From Roseibacillus sp. (GTDB lineage: Bacteria; Verrucomicrobiota; Verrucomicrobiia; Verrucomicrobiales; Akkermansiaceae), in contig JBPOGI010000007.1 in assembly GCA_051251855.1 (NCBI GenBank), positions 256,001 to 320,000 of the forward strand: DNA of 64,000 nt, given 5' to 3'. The notes beneath the pieces were generated by a model. That model was not told the DNA's origin and made no database searches. It was given only the letters and a program-made list of their open reading frames with translations. Every line of letters begins with the position of its first letter. Position 1 is the first letter of the stretch. Position numbers and translations under genes: made by a program. This document shows, one piece after another, positions 19,996 through 30,500 of the stretch.

Positions 19996-20946
19996 CTACT
20001 CGATCACATAGAATCGCGAATCAGTAGCAGCCTTCTTCAGCTCACCACGACGAAATTTAGAACCGCGTATGAAGGCCGGAACCTCTCCCGTTGTTCGAAA
20101 GCAGAACTTCTTCGGCAGCGAGGTGTAGAGCGACCGAGGCGGAAAGCTCTCGGTGATTCCCTTGAGACGACAGCCGAGCTCGAAGGTGTGATAGAACACA
20201 CGGCGTATCCCAATCTCTTCGAAAAGAAATTCTAACGCCGCCATCATCATCGCCTCTTCCCACATCGCTTCATGGTGCCTCATTTCTTCTTCCCAAAAGC
20301 GCTTCACTTCTCGGGGATCAAGCCGATAACCATACCAATGGATTTGGCCACAGCCCTTGCAAACATTTTCCCTCATCAGCGACCTCACATCACGTAACCG
20401 ATCTGTTTGAATCTCCTCAATGAGCGCTTCTCGGCTTTCCAAATCAAAGTCCAATCGCGCCCAAGCCAAGGTAGCATTACGGCCCTCTCGAGCGGGGTGA
20501 CAACCGAAGTGAAACGGGTCGTAACCCTTGTCGCCTAGCATGCGCACCATCATTTCATGGTGACGCCCAGTGAGATTCAACTGGAGCACCAGACTCTTTC
20601 CCGGGCGGGTTGTTTGCCGCCAATCCCAGTCATCATCATCGTCCCCCCACTCATCGAGAGAAAGGCGGTAGGTCTGTTGCCCCTCGCGACAGGCCCCGAA
20701 CTGAGGCCCGAACCATTGCGCGGAACTTCCCTTTGCCATTGCCTCTCTGACCACTGGCTTCTGAAGAAGATTTCCGAAGGAGCTCTTCCGCAGTTCCTCC
20801 AAAGTGGCATGGCTCTGCGCCGCCCGACTCAGAAGCCGGAAGGCATAATCATCTTTCGTATACCGGAAGAGGGTACGCCCCTTCGGTAAGCACGCGATCA
20901 CCTCGCGTAATTCACTTGTTTTCATTCCTGAAGAGAGAGTTCTCAA
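19996..20946 (-). CDS. Conserved hypothetical protein with LAWARLD...IEEIQTD motif
   Basis: 316-aa ORF with globular composition; start may be MKTSEL. Confidence 0.75.
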   Translation of the reverse strand: MRTLSSGMKTSELREVIACLPKGRTLFRYTKDDYAFRLLSRAAQSHATLEELRKSSFGNLLQKPVVREAMAKGSSAQWFGPQFGACREGQQTYRLSLDEWGDDDDDWDWRQTTRPGKSLVLQLNLTGRHHEMMVRMLGDKGYDPFHFGCHPAREGRNATLAWARLDFDLESREALIEEIQTDRLRDVRSLMRENVCKGCGQIHWYGYRLDPREVKRFWEEEMRHHEAMWEEAMMMAALEFLFEEIGIRRVFYHTFELGCRLKGITESFPPRSLYTSLPKKFCFRTTGEVPAFIRGSKFRRGELKKAATDSRFYVIE

Positions 20947-21156
20947 GGCGACTCTCCGATAGCCCTTATTTCAAAGCAGAAGACGACACCTCTCAGGTGG
21001 TCGAGCTTCCCTCCAGTCACCCAGAATTCGGGGCTGGCATCATGGGGTTGTTCGGCAGCGGGATAAACACCCGAAGCCGAATCCAATCAGGAATGATGAT
21101 TGCTGCGCATAACGGAGGGGACTCTCTCCAAAATTACTTTCTCCACAAGAAAAAAA

Positions 21157-21909
21157 TCACCGCCGCAAGATCCAATCTCCGAAGCGACGAATACCATCGC
21201 CCGCTCCCTCGACCCAGCGCGAGCCCGTTTCTCCTCCTCGTCCTGTGCCTCGCATCACGCTCCCAGTCCGTCCCACTGTTCGCTCCCCTCCTTTGGTCAA
21301 AAGACCGAATCCTTTCCCAAGGACCCACCCCGTTCCCTGAACCACATAGCCAGAGCCCTTCACCAGATATCCTGAACCCGTTCGCAGCGCCCCTCCTACC
21401 CGACGAAGGTTTGAGACCTCTTGCTGCTGTTGAGCAGTCAATGGTTGCCCCGACCACTCGGCTGAGCGTTCGGTATGATACGCCATCGCCTCCATCGAGG
21501 CTCCAGCCGCTTGTTCGTCCTTTTGAGTCAAATACTGGTCCGCCTGACTTCGACGAACGTTCGCCATCGCACTGTGACTCCCGGCAAAAGTCTTCTCGAA
21601 CTCTTTTTCACTCACCGAGCTGCCAGACTTTACCCGACTGGCCAAACCTTGAATGCCCGACGGGTTCCCTCCCTGCTTTCGAAGAGTCGTAGCTGCCTTG
21701 TCGAGATAGCGCCCTGCTCCTGACTTATCCCCCCGCTGATAGCGCGACCAAGCCGCCACAAAGTCGACATCAACCTTCTGAGCCGCGAATGCTACATTGG
21801 CTCCTCCGCCACCTCCCACTGGAGAGCCTGCTGTGCTCCCAACTCCACCACAACTGGTCAAGCAACACAGCCCAATCGTCGCAGTCAAAAGAATGTAGAG
21901 TAGTTTCAC
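21157..21909 (-). CDS. Gly-rich lipoprotein of unknown function
   Basis: Lipobox LTSC, Gly linker, helical core and Gly-periodic C-terminus. Confidence 0.8.
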   Translation of the reverse strand: MKLLYILLTATIGLCCLTSCGGVGSTAGSPVGGGGGANVAFAAQKVDVDFVAAWSRYQRGDKSGAGRYLDKAATTLRKQGGNPSGIQGLASRVKSGSSVSEKEFEKTFAGSHSAMANVRRSQADQYLTQKDEQAAGASMEAMAYHTERSAEWSGQPLTAQQQQEVSNLRRVGGALRTGSGYLVKGSGYVVQGTGWVLGKGFGLLTKGGERTVGRTGSVMRGTGRGGETGSRWVEGAGDGIRRFGDWILRR

Positions 21910-22049
21910 TTCTCTAATTAACTCCCCTAAGCCCCGAAAAATTCAATCCCTGAGCGAATCATCGGTTAATTTATCACGTTCGCATCAAACAGGCCCCTTC
22001 TTGCCAAACGAATGAGAAGCCCTTAAAGAAGGACCTTTCCTCAACTGCC

Positions 22050-22760
22050 GTGAAACCACAAATCATCCTAGCTGAAACGACGACCCCCGAGGGCGAACCT
22101 CTCACCCTCGTAAGTCACGACGGCCATTACCACCTGCAATCGCATGGCGAAAAGCTGATGACCACCTTCTCTCATGGCTCCGAAGAAGAGCTCGCACATC
22201 TCGGCTGCGCGCCCTCACGCCCCGCCCGCCAGCCGGTCATTCTCATTGGCGGACTCGGCTTCGGCTACACCTTGGCAGCGGCTACCCAGGCCCTTCCTCA
22301 AAAAGGAGCCAAATTCGTGGTCGCCGAGCAGACCTCGGCCATCGTGGAGTGGAATCAAACCCACCTTCGCGAGCTTCATCCTCAACTTTGGGACGACGAC
22401 CGCATTCTCGTCGAACGCCTCCCTGTACAAAACCTCATTCGAGAAAACGAAGAAACCTTCTCCGCCATCTTGCTCGACGTTGATAACGGTCCTTGGGCCT
22501 TTCAAGACGAAGCCAACAAGGCCCTCTACTCCCTGGACGGCCTTCATGCCGCCAAACAAGCGCTCAAGAACGGTGGAATCCTCGCCATCTGGTCCGTTCG
22601 CCACGACAAATCCTTCGAAAAGACCCTCCTCAAGGCAGGCTTCGAAGTCACCTGCGAGAAAGTCCCCGCCACAAAAAAAGGAAAACAGAATCGCTTCCAC
22701 ACCATCTGGCTCGCCAAAAAAGGAGACTACCAGTCGCAGAATCGCTCTCGCCCTCGCTAA
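22050..22760 (+). CDS. Spermidine-synthase-like SAM-dependent transferase
   Basis: ILIGGLGFGYTL, AILLDVDNGP, GGILAIWS. Confidence 0.85.
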   Translation: MKPQIILAETTTPEGEPLTLVSHDGHYHLQSHGEKLMTTFSHGSEEELAHLGCAPSRPARQPVILIGGLGFGYTLAAATQALPQKGAKFVVAEQTSAIVEWNQTHLRELHPQLWDDDRILVERLPVQNLIRENEETFSAILLDVDNGPWAFQDEANKALYSLDGLHAAKQALKNGGILAIWSVRHDKSFEKTLLKAGFEVTCEKVPATKKGKQNRFHTIWLAKKGDYQSQNRSRPR

Positions 22761-22817
22761 CAATCCTTCGCGACGGCTTACTTCACATTCCTTTCTTTCC
22801 AGACATCTCCCTTTCAC

Positions 22818-24440
22818 ATGAGACTTCTTTTCCTTGGCCTCTTCTTCCTGCCGATCTCCCTCGGTGCCGCCGAGCCACCAAACATCATTTTCCTTCTCAC
22901 CGACGATCACCGTCAAGAAGACCTCGGCTGCTACGGAAACAAAATCGTCCAGACTCCGCACATCGACGAGATGGCCAGCGAAGGCGTCCTCTTTGAAAAC
23001 GCCAGCATCACCTCCGCGATTTGCACCCCTTCCCGCATCACCTACTTCCTCGGCCAATACGAACGCCGCCACGGAGTGAACTTCAACTCAGGAACCGCCG
23101 TCTCTCAGTCTGCCTGGGCACACAGCTACCCCGTCATTCTTCGCGAGAACGGCTACTTCACCGGCTACGTCGGCAAAAATCACGCTCCTATTGGCGCAAA
23201 GGGCTACGAGACCGGCATCATGGAAGCCTCATTCGATTACTGGTACGCCGGTCACGGACACATCCGCTTCTACCCCAAGCAGCACCACGAAATTTTCAAG
23301 CACGCCAAAAACAACACTCAGGTCGAAGTCGTCCAAGAGAGCATCTCGGAGTTCCTCGGTGCCGAAGAACCCTCCTACCTCGGCGGAGCGCAACAATTCC
23401 TCGCCACTCGTCCCGACGACCAACCCTTCTGCCTCTCGATCTGCCTCAACGTACCCCATGGCGCGGGAACGAGTACCATGAAGATGCTCCCCGAGGACGA
23501 CGAACTCTACCGCAGCACCTACCGCGACCAAATCGAAACCCTCCCTCTCCCCACAAACTATCTCGAGCGCTCTCAAATCGAAGCCCCCAAGCTTCCCGCC
23601 GAAGTCTTGCACACCGACTACCGCCAGACCGGTTATGACTGGGTCGATACCCCCGCAACTGTTCGTGAGCGCCGCATCCGCCACTACCAAACCATCACCG
23701 GCATCGACCGCATGGTGGGCAAGATTCGCACCCAACTGAAAGAACAGGGCCTCGCAGACAACACCGTCTTCATCTTCACATCCGATCACGGCCTCTTTTC
23801 AGGTGAGCACGGACTGGGTGGAAAAGCGCTCAACTACGAAACCTGCCTCGCCGTCCCCCACATCATCTTCGACCCTCGACTGCCAGTCGAAAAACGCGGA
23901 CAACGCCGCAAAGAACTGGTGCAGTCCATCGACCTCGGTCCCACCGTTCTCGACCTCGCCGAACTTCCCGCCTCACCTCACATGCAAGGCCAGTCCTACC
24001 TCCCCCTCCTCAGCGAAGAGACGCCGAAATGGCGCACCCACGCCTTCGCCGAAAACCTCTGGTCCACCTACTTTGGCAACCCCCGCGTCGAGTCCGTCCG
24101 TACCGAGCGCTGGAAGTACATCCGCTACTTCAAAAACGATCGCGAACAATGGAAGCACCTCGAGGACGCCAAAGGGGTGCGCCTCTATCAGATCACGAAA
24201 GCACAAAGAAAACTCTACTCCCACTGGCGCACCGCCTCCATCAAAGGCGAAGAACCGGTCTACGAAGAACTCTACGATCTCCAAACCGATCCCCACGAAA
24301 CCACCAACCTCGCCTCCTCGCCCGAACACCAAGAACGTCTCACCACATTGAGCAAACAATGCCAACGGCTGGTCACACAAGCCTACGGCAAAGACCCCAT
24401 CCCCGCCGTCCCACTTCCCTCAGACGCCAAAGCTCGCTAA
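22818..24440 (+). CDS. Cys-type sulfatase (S1 family), secreted
   Basis: Signal peptide, PNIIFLLTDD, CTPSR, GKNH, SDHG, ELYDLQTDP. Confidence 0.95.
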   Translation: MRLLFLGLFFLPISLGAAEPPNIIFLLTDDHRQEDLGCYGNKIVQTPHIDEMASEGVLFENASITSAICTPSRITYFLGQYERRHGVNFNSGTAVSQSAWAHSYPVILRENGYFTGYVGKNHAPIGAKGYETGIMEASFDYWYAGHGHIRFYPKQHHEIFKHAKNNTQVEVVQESISEFLGAEEPSYLGGAQQFLATRPDDQPFCLSICLNVPHGAGTSTMKMLPEDDELYRSTYRDQIETLPLPTNYLERSQIEAPKLPAEVLHTDYRQTGYDWVDTPATVRERRIRHYQTITGIDRMVGKIRTQLKEQGLADNTVFIFTSDHGLFSGEHGLGGKALNYETCLAVPHIIFDPRLPVEKRGQRRKELVQSIDLGPTVLDLAELPASPHMQGQSYLPLLSEETPKWRTHAFAENLWSTYFGNPRVESVRTERWKYIRYFKNDREQWKHLEDAKGVRLYQITKAQRKLYSHWRTASIKGEEPVYEELYDLQTDPHETTNLASSPEHQERLTTLSKQCQRLVTQAYGKDPIPAVPLPSDAKAR

Positions 24441-24658
24441 GAAAATTCGTCTTAAGGGAATTATCGCCCTTTCAAACCGAAAAAAGCTCTCCTTGAGCTC
24501 ACTTTTTCTGCATAAAGCCCTAAGCGAGGAACATTACCTGCCTGAGCCTCTCCTATAGTCTACATTTTCCAATGATGGACTACCTAGACGGGAATTAGAG
24601 CTCTCCATAGCAAACTCAACCTCAAATGCCATCGGGCGTTCCAAAACCAAATCCACTC

Positions 24659-25504
24659 ATGAAATCATTAAAAATCCAGTTGGCTCTCGCCGGCCTCGCT
24701 GCTGTCGCCGCTTCAGCAGCCACTTATACGACAAGCTTCGACACCCCGACTTTCTCCAGCGGAGGCCTTGATGGTCAAGATGGATGGGTCACTCAAGCCC
24801 AATGGGAAGCTGACGGCGCTGGCAATGCCACCAATACCAACAACACTCACGCTACTTCTACCAATGTAGGCGCCTTTATTCGTGCTCACAACACTGGCGT
24901 CCTTGGAACTACCGACATTGGCGAAGAAATGAGTATCACCTCGAGCATCATCCTCGGCGCATTCTCAAGTCCTTCGACCGATATTGCCTCATTCGAAGAA
25001 GGCATTTTCCAACAAGGAATGTCCCATCAGCAAGGCAATGCTGGATTCTCCTATGGCATCGCAACAGGACTCTTCTACCAAGTGAGCTCCGGCAATCTTC
25101 TTCTTCGTCAAAACCAGGGCCTCAACGAAGTAGGCGTTTCGTCTTTGAGCTTGGGAGCAGCATCCGGCTTTGGAGGTTCCAGCTTAACCCTCACTACCGT
25201 TTACACCAAGACTGCTGCTGACACCTGGTCCGTAGTAGCATCGGTCTCCGGCGCAGCTACTGGCTCCATCAGTTACACCGCCAATGGGCAAGACGCTAAT
25301 TTGGATGCTGATACCGGAGGAGGAGGCATCATCGGAGGGGTTCAAGCACTTCCCTCTGGCGGAGGCTCTCCAGGCGTGGCAACCCCACCATTTGGAACGA
25401 CGACTTTGACCGACTACACCATCACCGTCACCCCCGTTCCTGAGCCCTCCTCGCTCTTTCTTTTGGGCTTAAGCGGATTCGCTCTTCTGCTTCGCCGACG
25501 CTAG
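24659..25504 (+). CDS. PEP-CTERM sorting-domain surface protein
   Basis: Signal peptide MKSLKIQLALAGLAAVAASA; C-terminal VPEPSSLFLLGLSGFALLLRRR. Confidence 0.93.
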   Translation: MKSLKIQLALAGLAAVAASAATYTTSFDTPTFSSGGLDGQDGWVTQAQWEADGAGNATNTNNTHATSTNVGAFIRAHNTGVLGTTDIGEEMSITSSIILGAFSSPSTDIASFEEGIFQQGMSHQQGNAGFSYGIATGLFYQVSSGNLLLRQNQGLNEVGVSSLSLGAASGFGGSSLTLTTVYTKTAADTWSVVASVSGAATGSISYTANGQDANLDADTGGGGIIGGVQALPSGGGSPGVATPPFGTTTLTDYTITVTPVPEPSSLFLLGLSGFALLLRRR

Positions 25505-25531
25505 ACCGTAGAACACTCTCATAGAATTTTA

Positions 25532-25562
25532 GGGCCGATCTGAAGAAGATCGGCCTTTTTTT
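25532..25562 (+). terminator. Rho-independent terminator
   Basis: GGCCGATCT-GAAGA-AGATCGGCC followed by T7. Confidence 0.85.
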
Positions 25563-25582
25563 GTTCGCGAACACGGCTGCGA

Positions 25583-26004
25583 CCAAAATGGCGCACCCAC
25601 GCCTTTGCCGAAAATCTGTGGTCGACGTTCATTGGCAATCCTCGAATCGAATCCGTCCGCTCCCAGCGATGAAAATACATCCGGTATTTCGAAAACGACC
25701 GCCAGAACTGGTCACACCTCGAAGATGCCAAAGGAGAATCCGCCCCGATCAGGTCACCGACGAGCAACGGAAACTCTCCACCCACTGGCTCACCGCATCC
25801 ATCGCAGGAGAGTCACCGGTCTAGGAAGAACTCTTTGACCTTGAAAACGATCCCCGTGAAACCACCAATCTCATTGCAAATTCCAAACATCAGAAACTCC
25901 TGTCTGAGCTGCGCCAACACTGCCAGTAACTGGTCACCGAAGCCCGCGGCCCGCTCGACGCACCCCAATCAGTCCCCCTCCCAATCTCAGCGAAGCCGAG
26001 ATAG
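25583..26004 (+). pseudogene. Degraded second copy of the 3' end of the 22818-24440 sulfatase
   Basis: Translates to PKWRTHAFAENLWSTFIGNPRIESVRSQR*KYIRYF...EELFDLENDPRETTNL, colinear with 24024-24440. Stops at 25670 (TGA), 25822 (TAG) and 25927 (TAA), plus a frameshift near 25740. Confidence 0.9.
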
Positions 26005-26129
26005 TTTGAAGTCATTGATTTTCTAATTGTTAAAACCATTGAAATTTTGTGCGATTTTTTTTCACATTTTCTTTCACGACGACATTATCCCATTAGAACT
26101 CGGTAGACGTCGAGTTATACACTAAACAA

Positions 26130-26855
26130 ATGAAAACTCTAAAACTACCCATACTTTTTGCTGTTGGGATGGCTTCTAGCCTCTCAGTGAATGCAGCTGT
26201 CGTTACCATTGAAAACATAGAGTCTCGAGCTGCTGGTCCTGGCGCTGCAGATGTTGCTATCACGACTACCGGTGGCACGTTTGGAACCAGTCACGCGAAT
26301 GCTCCATGGACGGTGAACCTCACCGTTTCCAATCAGAATCTCGATGGAGACGGAAACTTTGATGATTCTTTCACTTTCAATCTCATAGCATCGACTACTA
26401 ACGCCAATGGAGTTTCAGTCTGGGGTCAAGGAATCAACAATTCCAATGCGACTGGCACCGACACTTCATTTGGTAATATTGATGGGCTCTCTTTCACGGT
26501 CGGCAACGTCGTCGGAACAACTACGCTTGGCGAGACCGTTGTGTTTGATGGTTTCACGGGCGCTACTTTTGCGTCTGGTGGAGGTGCAGCTATTGACCGC
26601 TCCATAGATGCTGGCGGTGTTACTTTCTCTAATGTGGCAGCTGATATGGGTGGATTCCAATTCGTCCAAGATAATCAGGACTTCGCTTCGGCGTTTCCCA
26701 CACTGACCTTCTCTAATCCGGGTGGTGCTGGTCCGGGTACTGCGATAGCCCGTCAACTCGACCTACAGTTCAGCACGGTTCCTGTTCCTGAGCCGAGCTC
26801 TGCAGTCCTAGGTCTCCTTGGACTGCTTGGTTTTGTCTCACGACGTCGCCGATAG
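26130..26855 (+). CDS. PEP-CTERM sorting-domain surface protein
   Basis: Signal peptide ending VNA; C-terminal VPEPSSAVLGLLGLLGFVSRRRR. Confidence 0.93.
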   Translation: MKTLKLPILFAVGMASSLSVNAAVVTIENIESRAAGPGAADVAITTTGGTFGTSHANAPWTVNLTVSNQNLDGDGNFDDSFTFNLIASTTNANGVSVWGQGINNSNATGTDTSFGNIDGLSFTVGNVVGTTTLGETVVFDGFTGATFASGGGAAIDRSIDAGGVTFSNVAADMGGFQFVQDNQDFASAFPTLTFSNPGGAGPGTAIARQLDLQFSTVPVPEPSSAVLGLLGLLGFVSRRRR

Positions 26856-26883
26856 AGTTTTACCTTTCCTCAAATTTTCTTTG

Positions 26884-26913
26884 AAAAAGCGGTTCGGACG
26901 AACCGCTTTTTTT
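26884..26913 (+). terminator. Rho-independent terminator
   Basis: AAAAAGCGGTTCG-GA-CGAACCGC followed by T7. Confidence 0.85.
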
Positions 26914-26989
26914 GTCGGTTATTTGAGAGTTTGAAATTTTATCTTGTCCTTCACCAGCCTTTCACAATGAGCTAAAAAAGGAAGTCTAT

Positions 26990-27325
26990 CAGCACTTGAA
27001 GGAGCCTTTGAGGAGAAGAGTTTCATCGCTCTCCCGGGTGCCATTGCAAACGAGGTCGCCGACATCAATGGTGATGAAAAACCAGACCTCGCTGCCATTG
27101 CCAACTTCGTGGAAGTGGACCATTTCAATTCACTCCCGAGCGGCTTCCACTCGATGTCCAAGCTCCCTACATCTCCCTTCTCGCTGCCGATCTCGATCGG
27201 GACGGCGATCAAGATTTGATTCTCGGATGCTCTCTCAAGTCGTTCCCTTCGATGAAGAAAAATGCGCGACTCGGGCCATCAATCCACAATTCTCGATCAC
27301 TCTGCTCAAAAATCGCACCCAATAA
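26990..27325 (+). pseudogene. Remnant of an FG-GAP/VCBS-repeat protein
   Basis: EVADINGDEKPDLAAIA in one frame and LAADLDRDGDQDLILG in another; no start codon context; frameshifted. Confidence 0.65.
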
Positions 27326-27529
27326 CCTCAGTTTTCCTGCTCATCCCAGTCTTACCTCAATCTCAACATTCTACAGACACAGTCCCTTCATTTTTATTGC
27401 AAACACTCTTATTGTAAATACATTGCCATGTTTGGGAATGATTGTGACAACTCCAAAAGAGCTGACTTCCAAAGGATGTCAGCACTTCCCCGACCAGCAC
27501 TCATCCTCTCAACCACCGCGAACCTAAGA

Positions 27530-30500
27530 ATGAAGCTCCCTACCCAAGGCACCCGTCCCCTTTTATTTCTGGCGGCTTCCATGTGCAGTCACGCAATCGT
27601 CATCATTGAAGACGACTTTGATTCAGAGACCTTGGGTAATACTACAGGAACGAACCAAACCATCGGCTCCACCCCGTTTCGAACGCGAAACAGCCTCAAT
27701 ACCGAAGTAGTATCGCCCCATGCGGCGTTCACCTCTGCTTCCGGCAATGCTCTCCAGCTCAAGACCAGCTCAAGCACGGGGGGAGGGTATGGAGCCATCT
27801 CCCCTGCAGGAGGAGAAGTCACCCTTCCCGTCGCGCTGAGCAACGGAGACCTCCTCCGCGTTTCCTTTGACATGTATGTCCAAAACGTTCCGGCAAGCTC
27901 TTCCAATGTGGAGTTCCAGCTTCGTCCCAACGGAAACAACGATGGCGTGACCGAATACGATTTCGTCGACCTCCATGGAGCGACTCCCGGCGACGTCATG
28001 ACCGTCGTTGCCGATTTTGTGGTCGGTTCCTCCGGCAACCTCAGCACAAGCACCACCACCCTCAATACCTTTATTCACTTTGACGGGGTCAACAACAACT
28101 TCGGCGAGGACGTGAACATCGCCCAGATCGACAACCTCAAGTTTGAAGTCTTTGATCCGACTTCCATCCCCACCGTTCTCACAAGCGATGATTTCAACTT
28201 TCGCAGCAACGGAAATATCTACCCCAACAATGGCAGCGCTAACCAAGGCGGAACAAACCAAGGGGACATCATTGTCAGACCCGGATTCAATCTCTCCACG
28301 GTCAGCTTATCTCCAGCGACAGACTTTCTTTTTCGTTGGACCGATCTCGATCTCGACGGGCTCGGTGGAAATAACGATTTTGTCGACTTCACGGTTCGCG
28401 CCACCTCTGGAACCAGCGATGATATTACTTTCGGTGGGGAAGGAATCGCCATTGATAACAATGGCTCAGGCGCTCTCGATCCTGGCGAAACCCTGACTTT
28501 CGAAATTGTCGACGTTCAACTCAGCGCGAATACCGCTGGCAGCGTGAACTTCGACGGCTTCATCGGAGCGGGCTTCTTTGCCAGCGGCAACAATGGCGGA
28601 GGAACCACCACCGGTGAAATCAGTTGTAGCCTGAACGGCAATCCCGCCACTGTGAATCTCAACGGAACCGGCTACACCAATGCAACAACCCACCTCACCT
28701 TCGGCTCCCCCGCCCTTTCTGCAGTGTTCAGCAACATCGTTCACACTCCCGGAACAATCAGCCCAAATGGCCGAGCGCGCGACTTTGACCTGAAATTTAC
28801 CTACACTCCGTCCGGCGGGGCTTTTACCGGGCTTCCTCCCCACGGCATCACGATGAGCCCCGATAACCAAGACCTCGATGCCAATGGCTTACCCGATGTT
28901 TGGGAAGCACTTTACAGCGCCCAAGGGGTCGACCCCACTGGTGACTCCGATGGTGACGGCCTCACCAATGCTCAAGAATCCCTCGTCGGCACCGACCCCT
29001 TCGATCCCTACAGCACCTTTGCCTTCGAAATCGCCCCCATGGATGCCAACAACGTCACCCTCGCTTGGACCTACCTTCCCTCGCGCACAGGCAACCTGCA
29101 AAGCTCGACCGACCTGGGAGTTTCCGCTGCCTGGACCCCTCACTCGGGCTCCGCCACTCTTTCTAACGGAATGTGGCAGCTCGACACTCCCACCAATTTA
29201 GACGCCAATTTCTTCCGCGTCGAAAGCTCAGCCGACGACGTCGATGGCGACGGCGTCCCCGACTGGCTGGAGCCACTCCTCGGATTCTCCAATGCAGCCG
29301 GCGCTTCCCAGTCCGCCTACCAAGACCAATCCTACGACACCACTGGGGACGGCAATGCAGACACCTTTGTCTCCGGTGACCTCGCGGCCTTCAATGAAAT
29401 CTATCGCACCCCCGAGACAGGCAAGAGCATGACCCGTGCTCAAGCTGCTCGCCTTCTCATCCAAACCACCTTCGGCCCCGCTTCGATGTCTCAAGTCGAC
29501 TACGTCGCTTCCATCGGAGTGGAAGCTTGGCTTGATGAGCAAATTGCCCGAACAAGCACGCTCACTCAACCTTACATCAACGCTATCAAGGATGACCTCC
29601 AGGCAGCGCCCCAGTACGACTGGACCAGCAGCACCCTCTCCGGTTACCAAATTAATGGTGGCGGTGGCGGCAATCCCTACGTAGGCGGACCCAACTACCA
29701 AACCGCTTGGATGCGTTCCTCTTTGCAAGGAGAAGACCAACTTCGCCAACGGGTTGCCTTTGCTCTTTCCCAAATTCTCGTTGCCTCCAAGTTCGGAGCC
29801 AACCTGGGCAACCAGCCTCGCTCCATCGCCAACTACTACGACATGATGATTGAGGGCGCCTTCGGAAACTTCGAAGACCTTCTTCTCGATGTTTCCCTCC
29901 ACCCCCTCATGGGCAACTACCTCAGCCACCTCGAGAACCAAGTGGCTGACCCCAGTATTGGCCGCTATCCCGATGAAAACTACGCGCGCGAAATCATGCA
30001 GCTTTTCTCCATCGGCCTCTGGGAACTCAACCCCGATGGCACTCAAAAGCTCGATAGCAACGACGAGCCCATCCCGACCTACAACAACACCGACATCACC
30101 AACCTCGCGGAAGTCTTCACCGGTGTCGGCTACGCCGCGAACAACTTCGGCGGAGGTTGGAGAGAGGACGGCGACAGTGCGAATCAGTATATGACCACTC
30201 CCATGAAACTCTTTGCCTCTCATCACGACTGGACTGCAAAGAATATTCCTATCGGGGTCGATTCCAATGGCAACCGCCTCTACCACACCATTCCCGCAAA
30301 CCCTACCGGAGATGATGTCGACGCCCTTGCCGAAGTCGCCACCGTAGTGAACCAGCTCGTCAACCACCCGAACTGCGCCCCTTTCATCTGCCGCCAGCTC
30401 ATCCAGTTCCTTGTCACCTCCAATCCCTCTCCCGATTACGTGCAGCGTGTCGCAAGCGTCTTCTCCAACAATGGCTCAGGCGTCACCGGAGACATGGAAG

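Noticed and set aside
20916..21692. 258-aa plus-strand ORF, and similar long antisense or off-frame ORFs at 11198, 46667, 51072, 57553 and 59150
   Set aside because: They overlap well-supported genes and have biased composition.
25562..25573. TGTTC-GC-GAACA as a LexA box
   Set aside because: The spacer is 2 nt rather than 4, and it lies at a terminator/pseudogene junction.
25670..25672. In-frame TGA in the sulfatase copy as possible recoding
   Set aside because: It replaces a Trp codon, but the fragment also has TAG, TAA and a frameshift, and TGA is a normal stop elsewhere in the window.
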